64,000 nt of DNA from the human T2T-CHM13v2.0 reference genome, Homo sapiens. Location of the stretch: the NCBI RefSeq assembly GCF_009914755.1, contig NC_060938.1; one strand, written 5' to 3'. The notes below the pieces were generated by a model. The model worked only from the letters and a program-made list of their open reading frames with translations. It was not told where the DNA came from and searched no databases. Made by a program: the position numbers and the translations under genes. Positions 1 to 12,361 of this stretch are shown here, piece by piece (within the stretch, counting starts at the first letter, position 1; the number at the start of each line of letters is the position of its first letter).

Positions 1-11
1 ACAACAACAAC

Positions 12-281
12 AACAAAGCACATACATGTGGAAAATATGGCACTAAACAGACTCCAAAAAGGACAGCTGTTTTGAATATGAGATCTAAAACAAAAAAAGT
101 GTCACACTGTGTTACCTCAGGTGGAAAAGGGCATGTCTGGCAACGCAAATATTTCACTGCTCTGGACATATCCACAAATGACTGCAAGAGTGCCCTGAAT
201 ATTCATTTGGGGCTTAAAAATAAATTGTAATGAGTGGTGAAATTTATAAATATGAAATATATGAGTAATGAGAATTGACCA
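12..281 (-). mobile_element. MER82-like TcMar-Tigger non-autonomous DNA transposon, left-end fragment
   Basis: Matches the recalled reverse complement of the MER82 5' part (ggcactaaacagac...gaatattcatttggggc...taatgagaattgacc). It ends in a TIR-like motif followed by a TA run. Confidence 0.7.
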
Positions 282-299
282 TATATAGATTATATATGT

Positions 300-1198
300 G
301 TATTACCATCTTGAAATTTATCTCGTAAAATGGTGAAAAATTCTCAGCTGAAATGGAACAAGGCATTGCTCTGGCTTCTTGTCTCCACATTTTTGCAGAG
401 ATGACCTGAGGATGGAGATAGGAGGAGAAGTGTAGGGTAATGTAAGAATCTCTGGCTCTGGGGCCAGGTGAGGCAAGTATAAAACCTATTTTGATCAGTA
501 CTGAATGTCAACTTGATTGAATTGAAGGATGCAAAGTAGTAATCCTGGGCGTGTCCGTGAGGGTGTTGCCAAAGGAGAATAACATTTGAGTCAGTGGACT
601 GGGAAAGGCAGACCCACCCTTAATCTGGGTGGGCACCATCTAATCAGCTGCCAGCAAAGCCAGAAGATAAAGCAGGCAGAAAAACCTGTAAAGATTAGAC
701 TGGCCTAGCTTCCCAGCCTACATCTTTCTCCTGTGCTGGATGCTTCCTGCCCTCCAACAGTGGACTCCTAGTTCCTTAGTTTTAGAGCTTGGACTGGCTC
801 TCCTTGTTCCTCAGCTTGCAGATGGCCTATTGTGGGACTCTGCAATCATGTGAGTTAATACTTAATAAACTCCCCTTTATATCTATCTATCTATCCTATT
901 AGTTCTGTCCCTCTAGAGAACCCTGACTAATACGAAACCTAACTTGACACTTGTTAGTGGAGCAGTCTCAGGGAAATCACTTAACGCATGTGAACCTTGT
1001 TTTCTCTTTTATAAAACTGAAACAATAGAATCTACCAGGATGAGTTCTTTTTAGGAGTTAAGATCATAATATATGTGAGATAGATCCATCTGTCTATATG
1101 TGTATCTTTCCCTTAAGAACAGTGGTTCAGAATTCACTCATTCTATGTTCACAGAAAATTTATAGACCGTAACTATTTGGAATAATGAGAATTAACTG
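300..1198 (+). mobile_element. MER82-related Tigger derivative with an internal MIR-like segment, interrupted by the MLT2A LTR
   Basis: 330-395 resembles MER82 internal sequence (ctcagctgaaatggaacaaggcattgctctggcttcttgt). 1105-1198 resembles the MER82 right end/TIR (cagtggttcagaattcactcattc...aataatgagaattaactg). 430-486 and 940-1080 are MIR-like. Confidence 0.55.
487..934 (+). mobile_element. MLT2A (HERV-L) solo LTR
   Basis: Close match to the MLT2A consensus (tactgaatgtcaacttgattgaattgaaggatgcaaag...cctctagagaaccctgactaatac). 5-bp TSD AAACC at 482-486 and 935-939. Confidence 0.93.
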
Positions 1199-1269
1199 AA
1201 TATACTTATATGTATATATATTAAATTATAAAATTCATACGTATATATACAACTATACCTGTGTGTTTA

Positions 1270-1515
1270 TAGTGTTCTGATTCTAATCACATGAAATGCT
1301 TAGAAAAAGGCAAATTAGAAGAAACAAACATTAATGGGACCCTGGGTTTAGGCATAGAAAGGAGGATTAGTTGTAAATGGACGTAAGAATTCTTATTAAA
1401 GGTATAGAACGTTCTAAAATTGATTCGTGGTGATGGTTGCCCACATAAAGTTACTAAATATTGTCACAGAAGTGTGTAATGGGTAAATTTATGATATATA
1501 TCTATCACAATATGA
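1270..1515 (+). mobile_element. Old L1 3' end (L1MB/L1ME type)
   Basis: gttctaaaattgattcgtggtgatggttgc...aatgggtaaatttatgatatat resembles the L1MB7/8-L1ME1 3' UTR. Confidence 0.65.
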
Positions 1516-1809
1516 GTGTTATATATTAAAACTTATAAAATAATAATTTTAATTTCTTTTTCCTTTCCTTGTTACAATTTTTGGGAGGTCTAGTTCATAA
1601 TTACCTCCTTGAGAGCACAAAAAATGTTTTACTTGATTCCTAAAGTATATGTATTGATTGCCGTGCTATACGTCCTTTTGTCTTCTCTGTCTTTCTGCAA
1701 CACTATTTCTTCTTATTCCTAGCATATTTAATACCAAAGTCAACAAAGAGCTTCCGAAGTCCAACATGTGCCTAAAATTTTGATGACTTTATTATTTCAT
1801 TTACGTACC

Positions 1810-1918
1810 CGTTCATTCAATAATTATTGCCTACTGTGTGCCTGCAGATAGAATGCTAAGTAAAACAAACAAACACAAAAAACCATGGTGCCCATCCTCT
1901 CAAAGTTTATAGTTAGAG
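1810..1918 (-). mobile_element. L2 3' fragment
   Basis: ttcattcaataattattgcctactgtgtgcc...gcccatcctctcaaagtttatagt is a typical antisense L2 tail. Confidence 0.5.
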
Positions 1919-2087
1919 AAGTCTACTTTTGGGGTAGGTCTAGAACAGTTAATTGCTCAAGAAATTGACAGTCTCTCCAAGTCCCTTCTGGTCTACACAT
2001 ATTCTGTGACAAAATTCACAGTCGTTACTCCCCTTGAGGAATAACTTAGAAGATGAAATGAACAGTAAAGCAAATGGTAAGAGATAC

Positions 2088-3398
2088 TGTGCCTGGAACT
2101 AGTGGGTTCTTGCTCTCGCTGACTTCAAGAATGAAGCTGCGGACCCTTGCAGCTTACAGTTCTTAAAGATGGTGTGTCCGGAATTTGTTCCTTCTGATAT
2201 TCGAACGTGTCCGGAGTTTCTTCCTTCTGGTGGGTTCGTGGTCTCGCTGGCTTCAGGAGTGAAGCTGCAGACCTTTGCAGTGAGCGTTACAGCTCCTAAA
2301 GGCGGCACGGACCCGAAGACTGAGCAGCAGCAACATTTATTGTGAAGAGTGAAAGAACAAAGCTTCCTCACCATGGAAGGGGACCCAAGTGGGTTACCGC
2401 TGCTGGCTCGGGCAGCCTGCTTTTATTCCCTTGTCTGACCCCACCGATATCCTGCTGAATGGCCCATTTTACAGAGAGCTGATTGGTCAGTTTTAACAGG
2501 GTGCTGATTGGTGCATTTACAATCCCTGACCTAGACACAGAGTGCTGATTGGCGCATTTACAATCCTCTAGCTAGACACAAAAGTTGTCCAAGTCCCCAC
2601 TAGATTAGCTAGACACAGAGCACTGATTGGTGCATTTACAAACCATTAGCTAGACACAGAGCACTGACTGGTGCATCCACGAACCCTGAGCTAGACACAG
2701 AGTGCTGATTGGTGCATTTACAATCCTCCAGCTAGAAATAAAAGTCCTCCAAGTCCCCACCCGACTCAGGAGCCCAGCTGGCTTCACCTAGTGGATCCCG
2801 GCCCCGGCTGTGCGTGGAGCTGCCCACCAGTCCTGTGCCATGCGCCCGCACTCCTCAGCCCTTGGGCGGTCAATAGGACCAGGCACTGCTGAGCAGGGGG
2901 TGGTGCCTGTCAGGGAGGCTCGGGCTGCACGGGAGCCCACGGTGGCTGGGGGAGGCTCAGGCATGGTGGGCTGCAGGTCCTGAGTCCTGCCCCGCAGGGA
3001 GGCGGCTGAGGCCTGGCGAGAATTTGAGCACAGCATGGGCGGGCTGGCAATGCTGGGGGACCCAGTGCACCCTCTGCAGCTGCTGGCCCGGGTGCTAAGC
3101 CCCTCACTGCCCGGGCCGGTGGTGCCATCTGGCAGCTCTGAATGTGGGGCCTGCCAAGCCCATGGCCACCTGAAACTCGCTCGCTAGCCCAGGAGCACCC
3201 TGTGCTGCCCGGGTTCCTATCCGCGCTTCTCCCTCCACAACTCCCTGCAAGCAGAGGGAGCTGGCTCTGGCCTCGGCCAGCCCAGAGGGAGGCTCCCACA
3301 GTGCAGCTGCGGGCTGAGGGCTCCTCAAGCACTGCCAGAGCCAAGGCCAAGGAGGTGCTGAGAGCAAGGGAGGGCTGCTAGCACGTTGTCACCTCTCA
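2088..3398 (-). mobile_element. LTR12-family (ERV9) solo LTR, about 1311 bp, LTR12D/E-like
   Basis: TG...CA termini. The minus strand starts tgagaggtgacaacgtgctagcagccc. It has tandem CCAAT repeats and a GC-rich U3. 4-bp TSD ATAC at 2084-2087 and 3399-3402. Confidence 0.95.
2395..2735 (-). promoter_or_regulatory. LTR12 promoter/enhancer array: tandem units with NF-Y CCAAT boxes and an AATAAAA TATA-like box
   Basis: Repeated ctagacacagagtgctgattggtgcatttacaa units. GATTGG (minus-strand CCAATC) occurs at about 2481, 2506, 2547, 2625 and 2707, with two degenerate copies. TTTTATT at 2421-2427 is the minus-strand AATAAAA. Confidence 0.75.
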
Positions 3399-4671
3399 AT
3401 ACCATGCATTTCTCATTCACTGATCTTCCGCCAATGGACACAAGTAGAAACATTCCATTCTGTCTGTTTTCTTACATTAGTAAAGTTGGCAAAAGGTTAA
3501 AATATGACCATACATTGCCTCTGGAACCTCTTAAATTGTAACACAGTTCTTTTCTTCTTGATGATGAAACTTCCCATGGTTACATTGGGAACCAAAGAAC
3601 CACGTGGATAAGCAAACGGGATGCTGTTGCAACTTTCACGTACTAAGATATAGTCTTTTTTTTTTTTTGCAGTGCTTCCACAGGCACATATGCAAAATTA
3701 CTGTCCATTAAAACTGGAATTCTTTTCTCAGTCAGCCTGCCAAAGACTGTTAAACAACACTTTTAATGGGGCTAGCCAGTTTGTAAACACAGAAGGTAGA
3801 ATAAATAAATCAATTCTTTGTGGTAAAAATGTAAAATTTCATTCAATGTTATTTCTCTTAAAATGACACACAGAAAGAATCAAATGTAAAGATATGTTCT
3901 TTTCATTTTCTTAGAAATCTTTGTTGATATGCATATCAACATGCAGGAAAATCCCTATAAACCACACTTATTTTAACAGAACTGTTAAAATTCAAAGAAA
4001 TAATTATCATCCTGCTATTCTGTATTTAGAAGTATCTGTCAGTGCCATATAATTGCTCTTGGTATGCTTTTTTGTTTCACATTTTTCCCTGACACCACAT
4101 GTGGACATCTCCTGCAAAGGTAGTAATGACCTTTGCTTCAGGAAATTTGTGAGACTTTCACAACATGAAATAGCTTTTAATGGAGTTATTTTCCCTCTGT
4201 TCATTAATATCTGCAGGGCACTGTGGACGTCAGAGTAGGGTGACTAATGCAGTCAGGTGTTGTGGAGGTAAAGTCATTGGAGAAAATTATTCATGAGATG
4301 AGTAGTAATCAATAGAGAACACAAAGGGATAGGTACAACAAGACCAAGACCAAATACAAGTAGGCTTGAAACAGTGTGATATACTAAAAACAGCAATGAT
4401 TTTAGACTTATTTTAGCTCAAATTAAAAGTCAAAGCCATTTAGTGGATAGGAGCAAAAAAGTAGAGTTCTTTATTAACATATTTGGAATATCAATTTTAA
4501 ATTCTACTTGATAGGGAGCTATTTAAGTGTTTTAGTTGATATGGATTATTGTAAAGGTCACCTTTTAGTTCAATAGTAGTTGCGTGAGAGAAGTATTAAA
4601 GAACTGCAGGATGTTAGGAAGGTGTGGTAGGCAAGAAGAGATGTTGCTCAGATATTCTTCAAAAAAAAGAT

Positions 4672-5080
4672 GTACTGTGTCAGAGTCTAGTTTGATAAGA
4701 GTATCCAGCAGCAGTGTCTTGGCGATATATTACAGCATTCAATAAACAATTTTATTCTTTCTGGAAAGCCCTCGGGCCATGAGTGAACAATATGGTTTAT
4801 TAGGACCAGGCCATTTCTGCCTAATTTTTGACTCATATACAATGGTTGCTCCAAATCTCCCTGTTGCACTGCTCATGACTTTGCCATATCTGGGTGGCTG
4901 TAGGAGACTTTCTGTGCACAGTTCTGTTTTTCCCTATCTTTCCTGTCCCAGGGCTCAGATGGAATTTACCTTCTCATTCCTGCCTCTCTCCCACATCCTT
5001 TTATTTATAGGAGTTACTGCACAACAAACATTTTGCACTACTATTACATCTCAGTGTCTATGTTAAGAAAGTCCAAACAG
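4672..5080 (+). mobile_element. Ancient ERVL solo LTR, LTR33-like
   Basis: ggccatttctgcctaat... and the 3' part acaaacattttgcactactattacatctcagtgtctatgtt resemble the LTR33-family end. It interrupts L2-like sequence. Confidence 0.45.
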
Positions 5081-6279
5081 ATATAGAAGAAAAATAAATT
5101 AGGAGATGCTGTAGTATTTCAGGTGTAACTAATAAAAAACTTTACCAGTATGTGATAAAATAACAGAAAAATAAGAATGTGAAAAATAATGTTTGAAAAG
5201 TCAAATAATAATAATATCCTTACAATCTATTGTTTTAAAATACTTATCAACATTAATACTATCATAAAATTTTATATCACATTGTTCAGGAGTGCGTAAA
5301 GACACACACACACACACACAAACTTATTTACTCCTCTTGAAACCCTTGATATTATGAATATTCATGTGTTATAGATTAAGGAAACAAGTGAAGCCGAGGT
5401 GAAATACTTCACATAAATACAAATAAGGCAGTAGAAACATAATTTTGACTAGAGGTTATATCCTAAAGCTTGTGCTTTTAAACAGTACATTAAAATGCTA
5501 ACCTAAAAGACACATGGCTTTGCAATTTTGAAAAAGAGAAATCTAACATGAATGATAAGGATACTTGTTTTCTCTACAACTGACATAGAAATACAGAATC
5601 TGTAGTTTCATGGGGAGAAAATGTTGGATGTGAGCTTCCTGTTTTCCATCCAGGTGAAGAGATGCAGCAGGCAGTTTGGTACTTGGTCAAAGAAACTGGG
5701 GAACTTTCTTTTAAATTGAGATTTTGACATAGAATTTACTGTCATAAAGGTAAAAATTCACAAAGGAAAGGTAATTGATATCAAAATAACCAAATTAATA
5801 TGATGTGGACAACATTGAATCAATGAAGTAAAGAGGTGATGAAGATAAAAATGTGGGTATTTTAGCATGAACAGGATCCTGCTGATAAACAAACTGAAAA
5901 GGCAACTTGAAAGAAAAAACATAAAATGAGCAGGTATATGATACTGACAGGTAATGCCTGATATCGTTTATTATTTTAAGGAAAATAATAGGTATTTTAA
6001 AAATTGTTAGAGAAGCAAATATATCATTCAATTTTATTCAAAATATTTTATATTATAAAAGGTGTTTTATCATGTTAACTTAAACTTGTTTTTTATTATT
6101 GCAATATGAGAACATATTGATACAATTTTAATTGATTAACGTTCGTTAATTTATCATATAATGATTATATTTTGATGTTCTATCAGTAAAAATTAGATAA
6201 TGGGGGATGTTGACATTATCTAAATGAACAAGTATTATATACTCTTTCAGTCATAATTTTAAAAAAAAGCAGAATGAGA

Positions 6280-7270
6280 ATAAAATAATGAAGGTGAAGA
6301 GGTGTTGCTTTTTTACATAGGATGCTTAGAGATGAGCACACCATCAAGAAAGTGACATTTGACTGGAGATGCAGATTGAGTAGAGTAGTGAGCCAGCAAA
6401 ATACTAGAAGATTCCCCCGGGAATAGAGAACAGAACATAGACTATAAGGCAGAAGAAGGAAAGAAAAACAGTGTGGATAGTGTACTAAAGTTAAAGTGTA
6501 CTAAGATATACGATGATAAATGAAGCAAGCCACAATGTTAACGTTTTATATTTTATACCAAATAAGACAGGAATTCACTGGGGAATGGGTATCAAAGGGA
6601 AATAATGGCCTCTGTATATAAAGATAAAACTATTCTGACTTCCTATGGAGAAATAGAGTACAAAGGAGTACAGAGAAGGCGAGAAAAATACGGTAGGAAA
6701 GAAACTCCAAGATTTCAAGTGAGAAATCATGATGGACAAGACCTGAGTGATAGTAGAACGGTAGGGCTTTGGAAGCATTTTAAGCCTAGTAAATAAATAT
6801 TTATAGAATGATTTAAGGTAAAGCTAATACAATTTAGATATGTGTTTAGATATGTGTTGTAGAAAGAAAGAGGTAAAAATGTATTCAAAATTATGTGCCT
6901 TATCAACAGATGAGTGGATTTGCCATATATTAAGATAAGAAAAACAAACTAAGATTGGGTGTATGTAAGGAAGAGAGAAACCGTAAGTTCCATCATGTCA
7001 CATGTGATGCTTAATTTACTGTAGACATATAAGTAGAAACATTGACTAAACAGAGATATAGTTTCAGAGTTCAGGAGAGACAGAAGTTCTGGAAATAGAA
7101 ATATGGCCATTTATATGAATTATTTAAAACCACAGGGACTAACGGTACCCAGGCAGTGAGTGTAGACAGGATAAATTGTCTAAGACAAAAATCTAAACCT
7201 CATTTGAATGAGGAAGGAACAGCAACAGCCAAAAGAGCAATAAGGTAGACTAAGAAAATTAGAACAAGAG
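6280..7270 (-). mobile_element. L2 (highly diverged); further L2 pieces at about 4330-4660, 5090-5150 and 5500-5900
   Basis: Purine-rich antisense L2 motifs such as aaagtgacatttgactggaga, atttcaagtgagaaatcatgatgg and tagacatataagtagaaacattgactaaacag. Confidence 0.55.
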
Positions 7271-7399
7271 TTTGAGGTTCAAGGTGCTTGAGTCAACATT
7301 GTGAAATAATAATTTACAAAAATAATTGCCAAATAAATATTTTTTTTGAAATTTTCTAATTCTTATCCCTTTTTTAAAGTTCCTAGTTCAGGTATGTTG

Positions 7400-7865
7400 T
7401 GAGATGTGACAGAGATAATATTTGTTCTTCTATATGAAGTACTTTTACCAAAACACACAACCCCCAGACTACATAGCTAATCACGTTTGCCAACAATCCT
7501 TGTAGCTAAATGTGAACATGTAACCAAATTCTGGCCAAAGCTGTATAAGCCAAAGTGACTTCTGTCAGCACTTTTAAGATATAGTTACCCTTTCTTCCAT
7601 GTTCTTCCATTCTGCTATCTATAAAGTTGATGCAAAATCTTGGATCACGTGGATAAGAGTCATGTTTCAGGATTGGTGGAGGATTAGCTGTGGGGAACCT
7701 GGGTCCTTGAGAAAGTCCTGGAGCAGAATTACTATTCTAACTATGGACTTCTTACCTCCAGATTGATTAAGATGGTAAAAAATTTATCAAAATAAACCTG
7801 TTTACAGTTGAAGGCATTGCTATGTTTGATTTTTCTTTTACTCAAAGCCAACCTCATTCTATAAT
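7400..7865 (+). mobile_element. LTR16C-like or late MLT1-type ERVL solo LTR
   Basis: ccttgtagctaaatgtgaacatgtaaccaaattctggccaa, gggaacctgggtccttga...ggagcagaa and aaataaacctgtttac. Confidence 0.6.
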
Positions 7866-8228
7866 TTTAGAAATAATCAGAGGTAATCATTACTCTTAGA
7901 AACATGGAAAACAAATTTACTTCTCAAATTTAAAGACCAAAATTACTAATCAATTTTAGTCCAAAATAAATATTAATGGGTATTAGTTATAAGCACTAGA
8001 AGTTAAGGTAAAAAAATAAAAGATGGTGGCAACCATCGGTATGAAATAGGAAGAATCTAGGCAAATAAGAAGCAGTGGTCTAAAGCATAGATTATAGGTA
8101 TTGACAAAGCTAAATTAAATTTTGTATAAGTCACCTCATCTTAAATGAGGCGTTTAAAATTTTCAAATATGTTTTGCTTATTGGTATAACAGGGCTTTTT
8201 TGTTTAAAGCAATTTGCCTTATTGATTG

Positions 8229-9051
8229 TGAAATGGAAAAAGTTCCTTTATCCCCCACAGGCCCTGTGATACGGCTGTGGCTTGCTTCTTTGGTGCCTGC
8301 TGCTCAAACCTCTAGCGGGAGCATGCAGACAGGCAGGTTATGGGGCTCTGACCCCAGGGAAGTGTTTAGGGTGAATGTTCACAGCTGAAGCCCCAGTGGG
8401 CGTAGGTTATAGTGTGCTCTTTCAGTTTAGCCCTCTGTAGGCGGCTTGTATTTATCAGCTCAATTAGACCCTCTGCCTTATTGCAAGGACAGAGGACTTT
8501 CTGTATCCTGGATTCTTGCCTTGGTGTACTGGAAGAATTGGATCACACATGGGCTTGGAGAATGAGCGCAAGGTTTTATTGAGTGGACATAGCTCTCAGC
8601 AGATGGATGGGGAGCCAGAAGGAAGAGCAAGTGGGAAAGTGGTTTTCTCCTGGAGTCAGGCCTCTCAGCAGCTGGGCTCTCTCCTCCAACCTCACCAGCC
8701 AAACTCCAAGTCGTTCTGCCAGTCAATGGCCTGCCAGCGTCTGCCAGTGCCTGTCGGTGTGCTCCTCTGTCGGTGTGTTTCTCTCGACACCTAGCCGCTT
8801 GTGTTCTTCCGCCAATGTGTTCCTCTCGTCCAGCTGCTTGTGTCTCTGCCCGCTAGGGTCTCGGGTTTTTATAGGCACAGAATGGGGGCGTAGCAGGCCA
8901 GGGTGGTCTTGGGAAATGCAACATTCCATTCGGGCACAAAAACAGAAATGACTGTCGTCACCTGGGTCTGTGGGCACAAGCCGGAGGATGGAGCCCTAGC
9001 CAGGGACCCACCCTTCTCTACCCAGTACTTTCGTACCCGCCTTCTGTATCA
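8229..9051 (-). mobile_element. LTR1-family (HUERS-P2 group, ERV1) solo LTR, 823 bp
   Basis: TG...CA termini (tgaaatggaaaaagttcc...cttctgtatca). The minus strand carries the TATA cctataaaaacccgagaccctagcgggc. 4-bp TSD ATTG at 8225-8228 and 9052-9055. Confidence 0.8.
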
Positions 9052-9127
9052 ATTGTATTCTTTAGAATTTCTTAACCATTTGACATGTACAAGACTGTTT
9101 TACAATTTTTATTATGTTCCTATGTCT

Positions 9128-9275
9128 TTTTTCTATTTTTTTATTTTTAATTTTTGTGGGTGCACAGTAGATGTATATATTTATGGGGTACATGAAGTAT
9201 TTTGATATACACATGAAATGTGTAATAATGACATGGAAAATGGAGTATCAAGCATTTATTCTTTGTGTTATAACA
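9128..9275 (-). mobile_element. L1MA (L1MA2-4-like) 3' terminal fragment
   Basis: ttttaatttttgtgggtgcacagtagatgtatatatttatggggtacatg... Confidence 0.75.
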
Positions 9276-10910
9276 ACTATCATATAAAGAAATGAAATAT
9301 ATATATTACTATATATATACATGTTACTATATATATACACACATATTACAGTATACACACACATATATTACTCTTTCATCCTTAGCAAAATGCCTTCAAT
9401 AAAATAAGTACTAAATCAATGTGAGTTGCTGTTATTTGTATTACTCTGTGTTATTTTGTATTCTCTTTTTTAAAACACTCTAATGGCTTATGGTTTTATC
9501 CCTAAGGCTGCTTCAAGTTCTAAGTGTATGCAATATACTTAGAGCTTGCATATTTCAGTGACCAAAACAATTATCATAAAATTTAAAAAACTTTTTCTGT
9601 AAAATCTTTTTTTTCTGATAATATTACTAAAAGTACCTTCATCTTACTGGAATTAAAATCCTGAGTTTTTTATAAAAAATATGCGATACTGTTTTGTGCA
9701 ACACCTTTATTTATAAAAGTAACCAAGGTTTAAGTTTCTAACCTAAAGTTACATAATAACTTGGTTCAGAACTATAACCAAATACTTTAACTGTAATCAG
9801 GTTTATTTACATCATATCACACATCGTTTTATTATTTTCTTTTTAAATATAATTTATGAAGCGGTGCTTTTCAATGAATTTTCTTTTATGTCATAAGAAA
9901 ATATAAAATGATCAAATGTTATTTTAGTGAGTGAATTTACAAAGGAGCTTTCACTTCGCTTTTTTATTCTTCTTGAATCCTCAAGTCATTGTATATAAAA
10001 AAGGGAAGAGGCATGTAAATATATCAGGACTCCTTTAAATAAGTGTCCTTACTGTATACTGTCTATGGTTTGCCAGACATGGTTATTTTTTAAGACAAAC
10101 AAAGGATAGTGGATAATAGTGACAGTTCAAATTTTATACCAATTTCACCTTCCACTAAAACTGCGTGATTATATTTACATGATTTAGTGAAATTACCTTG
10201 CTGTAAAGAGGCAAACACTTTGACAGGCTCTGGCAGTAGTTGTCAGCTTTAACAACCATTCAGATGAATATGAGTTGTATAGGGACTAATATATAATGAT
10301 GTGTTTAAATCACTATTGTTTCCACGGTATTTCTGCTTCAGGAGCTTATTGAAGCTTGGAAAATAGGGAATTTACAGAAGCTAAGAACATGTTTACATGT
10401 TTACAGTGTTTAACATGTTTATTAAAGTCTTCTTTTTTTCCATTATCCAACCAAATAATATTGATATACCAAATTTAATATTCTGATTGAAAACACTGAT
10501 GTTTAATATATTTTTCACCATAGAGAACAATATATTAAAATTGCAAAGACATCTTCTCTTGATTACTTATTTTTATTAGATACATCATTGGCTAGAAAGC
10601 CAAGTAATGGTTAGCAAGAAAAAGTGAAAGAAAATAAATTTTTATAAAATATAAGGTATATTTGGCCAATATCCTAGAGCTACTTCGTACATTTGTCACT
10701 GTTATGCTAGTAATGCTGAAGCTGTCACTAGTCCAACACTTGTATATATTCTTTGAAATTTTTCCTTTAAAATAGACAATATAGATTCAAGAAAATATAT
10801 GTTAGATGCATAGGACAATGCGAATGTTTGGAAATTACATGTTGAAGTAGTAAACCACAATATCAATGCATTTTAACATTAACAGTAATGTTAAAGAATA
10901 TTTAAGATAA

Positions 10911-11269
<359 letters not shown>

Positions 11270-12155
11270 CATTTTTAATATTTTGAAAACTACAAAAGCC
11301 CTTGCTTTTGCCAATTATTATACCTCCTTTTTTCGTATAGCGTCTACATTAGTTGCATAAGACATTTCAGTTAAACATTCATCAGCCTTTAGCCAAACCT
11401 CTTGGCTTACTGGTCTTTATAACAAACTATCAAGATATTTACTAATGTAGATCATAGAATTGATTAAATACATAATTCAATTCTTAGCTTATTTACTCAT
11501 TTATAATAGCAAAGATTTTTAAATTAAAAGTAAAGAGAATTTTGACAGTGAATAATAAAAGAGCTTTTTATAACTCTTAATTATTGGCAATAAAGGTGAG
11601 AAACATGTAAAGAGCCAAATAAGACAATTTTATATACTTGATATCGTTATGACACAAATAAAACTGGGTAATGGAAAATAAAGGGCCAGGGTGATGTGTT
11701 TTTTGTGTGTGTGATACTTCAGCAAAGGTACTTGAAGTCATTTCTGAAAAAAGACAAAAGAAAGCTGTGTCTATCCTGATGCTGAAAAGAAAAAAAAGGC
11801 ATGTGGTGATAGGTTTATAAAAGCATTACTGGTAGCAGAAACAGTACATACCAAACTCTTATGTAGAAGAAATCTTGATGTGATCCTAGAGAAGAAATAA
11901 GTAGAATAATGTGGAATAGAGAAGACTAGGATTGAGACCATGAAGTAAAGTACGTGTAAGAATTACTTTTACTAAACTTAAAAATTTTTCTATATATTTG
12001 TATTTATGTCTATATTTATAAATAGATCTAGAGGCTTTGTATGCCTGCATATAGGCATACAGTTCTAAAAATATGTCTTTATTTACCAAAGGTTATGGTA
12101 AAATTTAAAGACAACAAAAACGAGAAAAAAACCCCACTTTACTAAGAGGACTCCA

Positions 12156-12361
12156 GCTACGCTGTCCAGTAAGGTAGATACACACAAAATGTTGCAACTT
12201 AAATTTTAATTAACAGTTTTAAAAATTATAAATTCAATTATTTAACTACATTAACTATATTTCAATGAATATATAGCCATATGTGTGTAAAGATTACTTC
12301 TTTGGACAATGCAGGTATGGAACATTTAAGCCACTTAAGACAGTTTTCTTGGAAAACACTG
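12156..12361 (-). mobile_element. MER3 (hAT-Charlie) DNA transposon
   Basis: ctacgctgtccagtaaggtag...ttggacaatgcaggtatggaacattt...ttggaaaacactg follows the MER3 reverse complement. Confidence 0.7.

Noticed and set aside
2480-2735. Regularly spaced ~40-bp repeats that superficially resemble a CRISPR array
   Set aside because: These are the known tandem U3 units of LTR12. There are no unique spacers and no cas genes, and the context is primate.
2099-3381. Cluster of overlapping GC-rich ORFs (up to 146 aa)
   Set aside because: All lie inside the LTR12. Stop-poor GC-rich LTR sequence produces such frames, and they resemble no known protein.
3655-3866. Strong plus-strand acceptor-like (T)n-GCAG followed by a 64-codon frame
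   Set aside because: There is no convincing downstream donor, the peptide is unrecognisable, and poly-T tracts are common in this window.
8200-9205. Multiple ORFs of 62-122 aa
   Set aside because: They lie wholly or mostly within the LTR1-type LTR and are chance frames.
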